Shown piece by piece: positions 50,398 to 58,863 of a stretch of DNA of 64,000 nt. Source of the stretch: a virus; UHGV virus genome UHGV-0197549. The stretch is one strand, 5' to 3'. The notes under the pieces are model-generated. The model ran no database searches. It worked only from the letters and a program-made list of their open reading frames with translations, and was not told the DNA's origin. Numbering within the stretch: the stretch's first letter is position 1; every line of letters begins with the position of its first letter. The position numbers were made by a program, and so were the translations under genes.

Positions 50398-52615
50398 GAG
50401 TGTGGAATTTAAACAGACACAGATACCGGTTCAGGCTTTGGATTGCCTGACCGGTAACGGGTTCAGACAAGGAGACGGCGGAAGTCTACCGGATATTGAT
50501 ACCGACTTCGCTTCGAACAGGCGTCAGGAAGTAAAGGAATACCTGGAGCGTCGTTATAATATGAACGGAAAACAGCGTGTCTTCTCTGCCGGGACTTACT
50601 CGACAATGAAACTGAAAGCTGCAATAAAAGACGTGTGCAGGGTATATAAAGTCCCTGTCAGTTATGTGAATTATATTACCGCCATTTTCGAGGATGACAA
50701 CATGAGTTGGACAGACCTGTTCATGTTTGCGACAACCAATAAGAAAGTAAACAAGTTCGTACAGGATTACCCGCAGGTGATTGAGGACATACGGGGACTG
50801 ATGGGGCAACCGCGTTCGGCTTCCGTACATGCTTCGGCAATCATTGTTACACCGAACTCAAAGGACGGTGAGGATATGGAGTGCTTCGATTTTACTCCCA
50901 TCAAGAAGGTGGACGATATTCTGGTATCGGAACTGGACGGGTATTCCATTGATGAAACGGGATTGTTGAAGAATGACTGTTTGGGCATCAAGGAACTTGC
51001 CAAGATACAGTCGGTCATAGATGAAAGTAACCGTGTGTATAATGCAGGCATCTCTTTTGAAGGGCTCGTCCGCAGCGGACTGGATGATGAGAAAACCTAC
51101 CGGATACTCGCCAAAGGGTACACCCAGAACGTTTTCCAGTTCAGCTCCGCAGGAATGACCAAGTTCCTGATGGATATGCAACCGGACTGCATCAATGATT
51201 TGATTGCCGCCAATGCCTTGTATCGTCCGGCTACACTGGAATCGGGTTCTACTCAAAAGTATTTGGATTGTAAAAGAGGTGAAGTGGCTCCCGTATATCT
51301 GTGGGGAACTTATAATGCGCTAAAAGGTACGTACGGGCAATTAACATATCAGGAAGACCTGGCGCAAATGGCGAGGGAAATAGGTGGCTTTTCATTGGGA
51401 GAAGGTGTAAATCTCGTTAAGTATATATCAAAAAAGAAAGTCGAAAAAATTCATGCAATGAGGGATAAGTTTATGTCGGGAGCTCACGAAAAGGGATGCC
51501 CGAAAGAAGACGCAGACCTCATTTGGGATATGATTGAGGCGGGCGGTTCCTATATTTTTAACAAATCGCACGCAACGGCTTATGCCATCACATCGTATGT
51601 AGGTGCCTGGCTGAAAGCCAATTACCCGACTGCCTTCTACACCATCGCCCTGCAATGGGCGGATGACAAGGAACTCCCGCTTATCATGTCGGAAATGGAA
51701 GAATGCAGTTCTGCCAAGGTGGTGCCGCCCGATATTAACACCTCAGCCGAAAAGTTCTTCACGGATTACCGGACGAATGAAATCTTCTGGTCGCTGGGTA
51801 AGATAAAGATACTGGGAACCAAAGCGGTGCAATACATCATTGACGAGCGCACCAAAGGCGGTCCGTTTAAATCAATCGAGAACTTTATACACCGTATATT
51901 CAAATACAAGCTGAAAAAGTACGAATACTGGGATGATGCGGATAATGAGCAGGAGGCCGTTAGGGTTCCCGTCAATGCACGTCACGTAAAGAACCTGATT
52001 CTTGCCGGTTGCTTCGATAAGGTAAGCAATATCAGTGCCGTTGTGGAAAGGTATTCGATACTGGATAAGGCGGCTACGGAACTGGGATTCAAGATTCCCA
52101 CCGGTGACTATCCCGACCACCTGATTAACCAGCATTACTTCTGGAGTATGCAGCAGATCGAGGTCTGTGGCATCGGGCGGATTGACTACAAGCGGATATA
52201 TGATAACTCCTATTGCCGCCACCAGTTCAAAGGGCGGGCATCCTATTCTACCGTACATAACGCGCTCCTGTCCGGAAGCGAAGGAAAGAAGGTCGCCCTT
52301 TGCGCGACTGTTACGGAAATGGAGGAAATCTCCTACAAGGACAAAAAGACGGGAGAAAGGAAGCACCTCTGCAAACTGCATCTCCAACAGAACAACGACC
52401 TGATAAAGCTCGTATGCTGGAATGACTTCTACATAGAGAATAAAACGGAACTCCAGGATATAAAAGGTAAGATTGTCATCGTATCGGCAATCGTCAAGTA
52501 CAATGACTACAGCGGAGGCAACAGCCTGAATACCTACAAGACTTCCCGGCTATTCACACTTAACCAATCATCAGAAAATCAAATAAACCAAGAAGATGGC
52601 AGCACCAAAAAATGA
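50387..52615 (+). CDS. dnaE: DNA polymerase III alpha (DnaE) C-terminal fragment, preceded by a ~33-aa Hint-C-like leader
   Basis: Its start ATG at 50387 overlaps the upstream stop (ATGGTTGTTAA). Residues from LPDIDTDFAS onward continue the DnaE alignment (PDFDIDF motif, then the palm/fingers region including the active-site-like ASVHASAIIV). The leader MVVKSVEFKQTQIPVQALDCLTGNGFRQGDGGS resembles a split-intein C half. Confidence 0.75.
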   Translation: MVVKSVEFKQTQIPVQALDCLTGNGFRQGDGGSLPDIDTDFASNRRQEVKEYLERRYNMNGKQRVFSAGTYSTMKLKAAIKDVCRVYKVPVSYVNYITAIFEDDNMSWTDLFMFATTNKKVNKFVQDYPQVIEDIRGLMGQPRSASVHASAIIVTPNSKDGEDMECFDFTPIKKVDDILVSELDGYSIDETGLLKNDCLGIKELAKIQSVIDESNRVYNAGISFEGLVRSGLDDEKTYRILAKGYTQNVFQFSSAGMTKFLMDMQPDCINDLIAANALYRPATLESGSTQKYLDCKRGEVAPVYLWGTYNALKGTYGQLTYQEDLAQMAREIGGFSLGEGVNLVKYISKKKVEKIHAMRDKFMSGAHEKGCPKEDADLIWDMIEAGGSYIFNKSHATAYAITSYVGAWLKANYPTAFYTIALQWADDKELPLIMSEMEECSSAKVVPPDINTSAEKFFTDYRTNEIFWSLGKIKILGTKAVQYIIDERTKGGPFKSIENFIHRIFKYKLKKYEYWDDADNEQEAVRVPVNARHVKNLILAGCFDKVSNISAVVERYSILDKAATELGFKIPTGDYPDHLINQHYFWSMQQIEVCGIGRIDYKRIYDNSYCRHQFKGRASYSTVHNALLSGSEGKKVALCATVTEMEEISYKDKKTGERKHLCKLHLQQNNDLIKLVCWNDFYIENKTELQDIKGKIVIVSAIVKYNDYSGGNSLNTYKTSRLFTLNQSSENQINQEDGSTKK

Positions 52616-53366
52616 ACCTAAGATATATACAGGCATCGGACTGGACTTCGAGACGTCCGGGCTGGATTGTGTGAAACATGCCTGTACCCAGTTGGCTATG
52701 CAGGCAGTACGTTTCGACACGTGGGAAATATTCGACAGCTATGTGAAATATTTCAAGCCGTATCCGAAGCAGGACATCGGCGGGACACCTAAACGTAAGG
52801 TTCTCCGAACCAAGCAGGAACTGGAACAGGAAGAGCTCAAGCTGATGGAATACCAAACAGAAGCGCTTACTTATTCAGGAATCACCATGGACACCTTATA
52901 TAATCAGGGTGTAGACTTGAAAGAGATTGCCCGTGACGTCATAGACTTCGGAAAGAAGGCGACCCTTACTAATGGCAGACAGACCAAGCCTGTACTTATC
53001 GGGCAGAATATCACCTTCGATATCGGCTTCGTTCAGCAACTCATGTGCTATGCCGGACTGATGAAGGAGTTTGAGAAGGTCTTTGCCGGAAGCTATGATT
53101 TCCACGGGAACTTTCAGCCTAAATACATTGATACCATTGATTTAGGACGGCTTGCCCTTGCGAATGACCCGACAATGACATCCTACAAGCTTGAACTGAT
53201 TGCCGGGCGGTTGGGCATCGAGCTGGATGATGCGCATGATGCGGGCGCGGATGTCACAGCGACCTTGAACGTGGCTATCGTTTGCTCCAACCGGCTAAGG
53301 AATAACAACGGCACCGGGGCGAATCTTCAGAGAGCGGAAAAAACACGGTTACACTTTAAAATCTAA
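52596..53366 (+). CDS. DnaQ-like 3'-5' proofreading exonuclease (DEDDh)
   Basis: 256 aa. Exo I motif GLDFETSGLD. A later NITFDIGF (Exo II-like). HDAGADV (Exo III H-x4-D). Confidence 0.65.
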   Translation: MAAPKNEPKIYTGIGLDFETSGLDCVKHACTQLAMQAVRFDTWEIFDSYVKYFKPYPKQDIGGTPKRKVLRTKQELEQEELKLMEYQTEALTYSGITMDTLYNQGVDLKEIARDVIDFGKKATLTNGRQTKPVLIGQNITFDIGFVQQLMCYAGLMKEFEKVFAGSYDFHGNFQPKYIDTIDLGRLALANDPTMTSYKLELIAGRLGIELDDAHDAGADVTATLNVAIVCSNRLRNNNGTGANLQRAEKTRLHFKI

Positions 53367-53369
53367 GCG

Positions 53370-53627
53370 ATGGAAGAGGAAGAAAAGACGGTTTCATTCA
53401 AGCCGTCGGAAAAAATGTTGTATGGCGTGCTGAATTATGACGGCAACGAACTGATGGCGACCATATCGGGGTATGACCTCTCTATCTCATTCAATATGAG
53501 GGTTATAAACTCTCTATCGGATGCAGAAAGTTGTGCAGACGCTTTGGCGAATGTCTTTTATGAAGCACTAATGGAACAATTAGCTGAAAAAAAATCTGCA
53601 ATTTTTCAACCTAAACAGAACCAATGA
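53370..53627 (+). CDS. hypothetical protein
   Basis: 85-aa ORF. Confidence 0.25.
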   Translation: MEEEEKTVSFKPSEKMLYGVLNYDGNELMATISGYDLSISFNMRVINSLSDAESCADALANVFYEALMEQLAEKKSAIFQPKQNQ

Positions 53628-53691
53628 CCCCTATACCTTGATAAAGCACCGAAGTTCGGACTTATGCGCCGGACTTCTTACTCGAAACATA

Positions 53692-54195
53692 ATGGAAAAA
53701 GAAACTAAAAAACTACCACTGACTGCACAGGAAGAACAGCTTTGCCAGCTTTTCATAAACGGGGGCATGAAGTTCGCCGGAAAACGCACTCCCTGTTACC
53801 GGGAAGTCTTCAAGGATGAATCGCCCAAAGCGTACGCAGCAGCATACAAGGTGTTTGCCCGCCCGCAGGTAATGGCACGCATCAAGGAGCTGGTGCAGGA
53901 AGTGGACAATGAAACAGAAACGCTTGCCATGAAGCTCCAGATTACCGAGACACTGAAAGCGGTGATGGAAGAAACGGCAGACGCTTCGTATACGGACAAG
54001 TTCGGAATCAAACTCTCACCGGCTCCTTTACGGGCGGTATCCGTCAATGCGGCAAGAACACTGATGGATATTTATCCGGTCAGGCACTCCGCTGATTCAA
54101 AAGGTAAGAATGAGGTGAGCAGCGGAGTGACGTTCAATGTCATCGTTCCGGTGCCGGTACAAATAACAAAGGAGGAAGACGGAGATGAAACTTGA
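53692..54195 (+). CDS. terminase small subunit (Terminase_2-like)
   Basis: About 167 aa from the ATG at 53692. LTAQEEQLCQLFINGG...ARPQVMARIKELVQE matches the TerS N-terminal DNA-binding pattern (LT.kQe.F...Y...gn...A...a...). Preceded by the CCCCTATACCTTG motif at 53629-53641. Confidence 0.5.
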   Translation: MEKETKKLPLTAQEEQLCQLFINGGMKFAGKRTPCYREVFKDESPKAYAAAYKVFARPQVMARIKELVQEVDNETETLAMKLQITETLKAVMEETADASYTDKFGIKLSPAPLRAVSVNAARTLMDIYPVRHSADSKGKNEVSSGVTFNVIVPVPVQITKEEDGDET

Positions 54196-54336
54196 CCGTA
54201 GAAAAGTACAATGGACGGTCTATCTGATTCTGCTGATCGGGCTTGTTATCTATGGCTTGCGGGATTCGGAGGGGGCGGAAAGGCTTATCCGAGCCATCAC
54301 AGACGCATTTGCTATTTTATTCAATAACTCAACCTA
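54184..54336 (+). CDS. small single-TM protein (holin/antiholin candidate)
   Basis: 50-aa ORF (below the track cutoff) MKLDRRKVQWTVYLILLIGLVIYGL..., with one hydrophobic helix. It overlaps the TerS stop and sits upstream of the endolysin. Confidence 0.25.
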
Positions 54337-54346
54337 ACCTAAACTG

Positions 54347-54637
54347 ATGACACAACTAAGAGAATTTGTACTTAACAACTTCAAGACGCTGGCTATCGTG
54401 CTCTCATTCGCAGTGACAATGTACGTGCAGCACGTAACCAACATTCAAAGGATTAATGAATTGACACTCAGGTGCTCGTCGCTGGAACTCAAGATTGAAG
54501 ACCAGTACGAGAAGATAGATGCCATCAAACTTGACAAGGCTGTCTTTGAGGCCACGATGACACAGTTTACATCCATGCGCTCTGACCTGAGAGAAATGCG
54601 CACGGATATTAAGGAACTACTAAAAAGCATGAGATGA
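54347..54637 (+). CDS. TM plus coiled-coil lysis-associated protein (holin-like)
   Basis: 96 aa. The N-terminal TM is LAIVLSFAVTMYV, then coiled coil. It is 4 nt upstream-overlapped with the endolysin. Confidence 0.3.
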   Translation: MTQLREFVLNNFKTLAIVLSFAVTMYVQHVTNIQRINELTLRCSSLELKIEDQYEKIDAIKLDKAVFEATMTQFTSMRSDLREMRTDIKELLKSMR

Positions 54638-55092
54638 AAATTTGGATTGCAACAGCCTGTCTCTTTTTCTCCCTTCAGGCAACCCCCGATAATTTATTCG
54701 AGGATGCTGTACGGCTGATTAAAAAGTACGAAGGTTGGCACCATGCACGCGACCAGCCTTATGTGGGCTACGGACACCGGTTATTGCCGACTGACACCTT
54801 TAACTCTGATATATCGGAAAGTTTCGCAGATTCGCTTCTGCGCAGTGACCTGAAAAAGAAATGTGCTGTATTCCGGCACTTTGGGGCTGACTCCCTTTTA
54901 CTTGGAGTGCTTGCCTTTAATGTCGGGGAGAGTAAGGTTCTTCGCAGTAAACTGGTTCGGAAGCTGGAAGCGGGTGACCGGAATATCAAAGGAGAGTATC
55001 TGTCTTTCAGGATGTACAAGGGCAAGGTCGTCCGGTCTTTGGAACGAAGACGGGAAGAAGAATATGAATTACTAAAATCAAATATCGAATAA
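54634..55092 (+). CDS. endolysin, T4-type lysozyme (GH24) with N-terminal signal/SAR-like sequence
   Basis: 152 aa. FEDAVRLIKKYEGWHHARDQPYVGYGH resembles the T4 lysozyme catalytic region (E...D...T/G.G.GH). The N-terminus MKIWIATACLFFSLQA is hydrophobic. Confidence 0.55.
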   Translation: MKIWIATACLFFSLQATPDNLFEDAVRLIKKYEGWHHARDQPYVGYGHRLLPTDTFNSDISESFADSLLRSDLKKKCAVFRHFGADSLLLGVLAFNVGESKVLRSKLVRKLEAGDRNIKGEYLSFRMYKGKVVRSLERRREEEYELLKSNIE

Positions 55093-55093
55093 T

Positions 55094-55801
55094 ATGTCTG
55101 AACTTATAAAAATTATCGAAAAAGAAGACGGCAGAAGAGCTGTATCAGCAAGAGAACTGCATCTGTTTTTAGAGAGCAAGCGAGACTTCTCACACTGGAT
55201 GAAAGATCGTATCGTAAAATATGGTTTAATAGAAAATATTGATTATCAAGCTTTACACTATGACTACCTTGGTAACTTATTGAATATCAGACGTGACAAA
55301 TTTGGCGAGTCTGAAAATCAGCATGTTAGTAAAATTGAATATGTGCTTTCAATTGATGCAGCCAAAGAGCTTTCAATGGTAGAGGGTAATGAAAAAGGTA
55401 AAGAAGCCCGCAGATATTTTATCACTTGTGAAAAGATTGCTCTTGAGAAAAAAGCATCTTATTCTCCGGCTGAACTTTTGCTACATTCTGCCCAGATTCT
55501 CTTGGAACAGGAACGAAGAACAAAAGCTATTGAAAATAAGGTGAATCAAATAGAAGAAAGAACAATTACTGATTTGAAACATAGTACAGTGGTAGCTTAT
55601 GTAACACGAAATAAGATATGCCTTGACTTTAAACGTTATTCAGTTATTGGAGCAAAGGCGAGCAGACTATGTAAGAAACGGGGTCTTCAAATTTCAAAAG
55701 TGAATGATGTACGTTTCGGAACTGTAAATGTCTATTCAGACGAAATACTCGATGAAGTATTTGCTACTGAAAACAACCAGTTTAAATCTAAAGAAAAATG
55801 A
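55094..55801 (+). CDS. AntA/AntB-type antirepressor
   Basis: 235 aa. The N-terminus ...RAVSARELHLFLESKRDFSHWMKDRI matches the AntA domain pattern (SAREL..FL....FS.W...R). Confidence 0.5.
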   Translation: MSELIKIIEKEDGRRAVSARELHLFLESKRDFSHWMKDRIVKYGLIENIDYQALHYDYLGNLLNIRRDKFGESENQHVSKIEYVLSIDAAKELSMVEGNEKGKEARRYFITCEKIALEKKASYSPAELLLHSAQILLEQERRTKAIENKVNQIEERTITDLKHSTVVAYVTRNKICLDFKRYSVIGAKASRLCKKRGLQISKVNDVRFGTVNVYSDEILDEVFATENNQFKSKEK

Positions 55802-56013
55802 TTAAAGAAAACGACATCGTAGTAATTAAGCCCTCAGACGAGCTTTCATTAATGAGACTGAATGATCTGGCAGGCAGAGAGGCGACAATCAGACAAGACC
55901 TCACATCTATCGGACGCCTGAATAAAGGCTATATGGTAGAACTGACTGAACCCTACCTGAATGAAGTAGATTGGTTTATTCCACAGGACTCCATTGATGA
56001 TGATGAAGATTAA
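55798..56013 (+). CDS. hypothetical small acidic protein
   Basis: 71-aa ORF with a 4-nt overlap. Confidence 0.25.
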   Translation: MIKENDIVVIKPSDELSLMRLNDLAGREATIRQDLTSIGRLNKGYMVELTEPYLNEVDWFIPQDSIDDDED

Positions 56014-56608
56014 CCTGAATAAAATTCTTCTCCTGATTGCCCTGGGACTTGGGGTAACAACTTACACCTTATATAACTGGGGCAACAGGATGAAAGAAGA
56101 GAGGAATACCTACCGTAGCAATACACATGCGTTACTTGCGGATGTAGAGCATGTCCGGATGGATTCGGCAATGATGGCATCCACTATTCAGGTTCTCAAC
56201 CTATCACTGGATGAATTTGAAAAGTACCGGGCGGAAGATGCAGCAACCATTAAGAAGATGGGGGTACGCATCAAAGACCTGGAAGCTGCCGGAAGGCACG
56301 ATGTGGAAGTCAATGCTCCGGTGGATGCTACAGTGAAAGATACGACAGTCGTCAGAGATACTACAACAATTATTGTAAAGGCGGTGAAGATGGATACGCC
56401 ATACCTTAAACTGAACGGTATCATTGAAGACAATTATCTGAAAGGAAACATCCACTTACCGGTGCATCTGCATCAAGCATTTTGGGTAGAATACAAACAC
56501 CGCTTTCTCTGGTGGCGATGGAAAGTAAAAGCAATACACCAGACAATCTCAAGCGACAATCCGTATGTCGAAATTAAGTATACGGAGATCATTAATTTAA
56601 AGAATTAA
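55994..56608 (+). CDS. type II membrane protein (possible spanin-like lysis component)
   Basis: 204 aa. The N-terminal TM is ILLLIALGLGVTTYTLY, followed by a periplasmic-type region. Confidence 0.25.
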   Translation: MMMMKINLNKILLLIALGLGVTTYTLYNWGNRMKEERNTYRSNTHALLADVEHVRMDSAMMASTIQVLNLSLDEFEKYRAEDAATIKKMGVRIKDLEAAGRHDVEVNAPVDATVKDTTVVRDTTTIIVKAVKMDTPYLKLNGIIEDNYLKGNIHLPVHLHQAFWVEYKHRFLWWRWKVKAIHQTISSDNPYVEIKYTEIINLKN

Positions 56609-56612
56609 TCTT

Positions 56613-56831
56613 ATGTTATTCAGAAAATCATTCCAAACCCAAATCAACGGTGCAAACCGGGTATTCACAGCAACAGTAGAGAAGTTGAAAAACATTCAGG
56701 CGGACATCACTGCCAGAGTTGAAAAGAATCACGCTAAAGTTCAGAAGCTAACCAGCGAGAACGAAGAGCTGGAAGACATGAAAGCCAAAGCAGGACGACA
56801 AATCGAAGAAATCAGTAAATTCATTATCTAA
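56613..56831 (+). CDS. hypothetical coiled-coil protein
   Basis: 72-aa ORF. Confidence 0.25.
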   Translation: MLFRKSFQTQINGANRVFTATVEKLKNIQADITARVEKNHAKVQKLTSENEELEDMKAKAGRQIEEISKFII

Positions 56832-57019
56832 TGGCAGAAATAGATTGCTACGAGCACCAGCTATTCGATGCAAGGTGGCTCAACGGTTACAGCATTCCGT
56901 ACTACAATACGCATATCAACAAGTATTACGCCAAGTCCATTTATGATGGTAACATCGTAAAGCGGTCTTATAGTGATACATTGTGGGAACTGAGACGGAA
57001 GATGAGAAATTACCGATAA
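56831..57019 (+). CDS. hypothetical small protein
   Basis: 62-aa ORF whose start overlaps the upstream stop. Confidence 0.2.
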   Translation: MAEIDCYEHQLFDARWLNGYSIPYYNTHINKYYAKSIYDGNIVKRSYSDTLWELRRKMRNYR

Positions 57020-57065
57020 AGGTTTAAGGGGCTTCTCAAACAGATGCCCCATTCTCAATATAGGA

Positions 57066-58529
57066 TTAAGATTTCCCATACTTTCTAAAAGCCGAAACCA
57101 CTTGAAATATTCCATAAGCTATTGCCACTTTACCTAATAAAAAAAAGACTGTCCCTAATATAAGACTAAGATTTGAACTATTCATTTGATAAAGTTCGGC
57201 TAACTCATTTAATCCATCTGGCAACCACAAGTATTGTATAGCAGTGTTCCAGTAATTACTGTCAAATAAAAGCCATATACAATTCTCTTGGAATGGAAAT
57301 GCAATTCCTTCCTTAGACATAATAAAAACGGAATAGCATAAATGCCAAACAATAACAGTAAATAAAACACCTGTTATCCAACTTAGTCCAAAATTATTTG
57401 AAAGCCTGTTCAAATTAAGCAAGATCAGATCACTACATGTCTTTTCCCCTAGTTTTAAAGACTTTCTATATGCATTCATCTCATTAGATTTAAAGATTAG
57501 TGCGTGAGGGCGATTCATGTTTTCTTCCATACAACATTTCAATTGCCTAAAAATTTCTTTCTGTTTTCTCCAATAATTAACGTTCTTTGGAGTTTCTTGG
57601 ATATTTAACTTTTTTGCATCAAACCAGTGAACATTGATTATGGTTAGATTTATCAGGACACTAGCCTCTATCTTTATGTTATTAAAAGAATTAAGATCAC
57701 AGTTTAGGAAAGACGTGTTCCCGAGATTTGAGTTCCATATTTTTAATTCGCTATTTAATGTTTGATTAGAATGAAGCGACTGAAAAATCACAGTAGCTTC
57801 ATTAATAAAAGTGTCAAATGTGAGCTTACAAGTATCAATGTTATTGAATTGAATATTAGCACTATAATTAAATCCTTCTAATGATATCTTATCTGATACC
57901 GACATTCCTTCAAAAGAAATATCACCAACAAGGCTTTTAGCCGTTATTATTTTTATTGTATCAAGAAGTTGTTTTTCTTCTTTATCCCCGCCATTAAATC
58001 TTACCTTATCACAAAATTCTGATTTTTCAATAAATATTTGTTTAGCACCTCCTTTTACCTCAGCTTGTCCGTTATCACATTCGTTAATTGTTACTTTTTG
58101 TTTAAAAATGCCTCCTATAATACTTAAATTTTGACATTTTATAGCAGTTATAATAAACTCGTCATCATATCTACCATTGTTAAAAGTGATGCTTCCAGAC
58201 AATGTACCCCTCCATAAATAAACATCCTTTGCAAATATTGTATTAATGAACGTATAGTTAGCAGCATCCACTGATTCTAATCGAACTTTTCCCAATATGC
58301 TAGAATCAAGAAAATCAAGTCCAATAGACTGTATTTTAGTATTACTTATCAAAAGACTATTATTAATTTGTGATCTATCAATAATAAATCCATTATAGAA
58401 GCATAATAAATATTCAATATAAATATCATCAACATTGGTTTCTTCTAACATTATTCCTCTTTTAAAAAATGTTGGATATACTTTGGATCCATTAGAAGTG
58501 CCTCTTATATCTATTTTTTTATGAGACAT
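57066..58529 (-). CDS. pentapeptide-repeat (beta-helix) protein with C-terminal multi-TM anchor
   Basis: 487 aa. About 330 aa of quasi-pentapeptide repeats (hydrophobic F/L/I every ~5 residues, e.g. FINTIFAKDVYLWRGTLSGSITFNNG), then 3 predicted TM helices. AT-rich, opposite strand. Confidence 0.45.
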   Translation of the reverse strand: MSHKKIDIRGTSNGSKVYPTFFKRGIMLEETNVDDIYIEYLLCFYNGFIIDRSQINNSLLISNTKIQSIGLDFLDSSILGKVRLESVDAANYTFINTIFAKDVYLWRGTLSGSITFNNGRYDDEFIITAIKCQNLSIIGGIFKQKVTINECDNGQAEVKGGAKQIFIEKSEFCDKVRFNGGDKEEKQLLDTIKIITAKSLVGDISFEGMSVSDKISLEGFNYSANIQFNNIDTCKLTFDTFINEATVIFQSLHSNQTLNSELKIWNSNLGNTSFLNCDLNSFNNIKIEASVLINLTIINVHWFDAKKLNIQETPKNVNYWRKQKEIFRQLKCCMEENMNRPHALIFKSNEMNAYRKSLKLGEKTCSDLILLNLNRLSNNFGLSWITGVLFTVIVWHLCYSVFIMSKEGIAFPFQENCIWLLFDSNYWNTAIQYLWLPDGLNELAELYQMNSSNLSLILGTVFFLLGKVAIAYGIFQVVSAFRKYGKS

Positions 58530-58813
58530 TTTTTAAAGACAATTGAATTAGCTGGATTAAACTTAAGGAACTCTTCTGTGTCTTCTTTGATTTTGCAGTT
58601 ATAAAAACAAACTTCTTTTTCAAAGGTGCAATTTTCAAAATAAACCCAACTACCAAGGGTCAAATTTGCGAATATTACAGAGCTACAAAAACGACAGCCT
58701 TTAAAAGTGAAACTATGATATTCATTATCCTCAAACTGAACAGTAGTAGTGTATGTCTGATTTTCTTTTTGATATTTATTCATGTTATTCGTATTTTTCT
58801 GTGATATGTTCAA
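58511..58813 (-). CDS. small pentapeptide-repeat protein
   Basis: 100 aa. FTFKGCRFCSSVIFANLTLGSWVYFENCTFEKEVCFYNCKI has the pentapeptide-repeat periodicity. It overlaps the downstream gene by 19 nt. Confidence 0.4.
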   Translation of the reverse strand: MNISQKNTNNMNKYQKENQTYTTTVQFEDNEYHSFTFKGCRFCSSVIFANLTLGSWVYFENCTFEKEVCFYNCKIKEDTEEFLKFNPANSIVFKKCLIKK

Positions 58814-58863
58814 AGTTAACTAGTAATATCTGCAAAGATACAGTATTTAAAATGTCTGTCTAA

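Noticed and set aside
50158-50485. Possibility that the DnaE interruption is simply a second group I intron like the one in terL.
   Set aside because: Not fully rejected. But P/Q/R/S-like strings here are weak and in the wrong order, the region has coding-like composition with two long overlapping ORFs joined by an ATG/TAA overlap, and the encoded residues resemble Hint blocks. It is kept as the alternative hypothesis in the findings.
57020-57065. A possible terminator hairpin GGGGC…GCCCC between the convergent + strand and - strand genes.
   Set aside because: Only a 5-bp stem with a 13-nt loop and no clean T-tract. Too weak to call.
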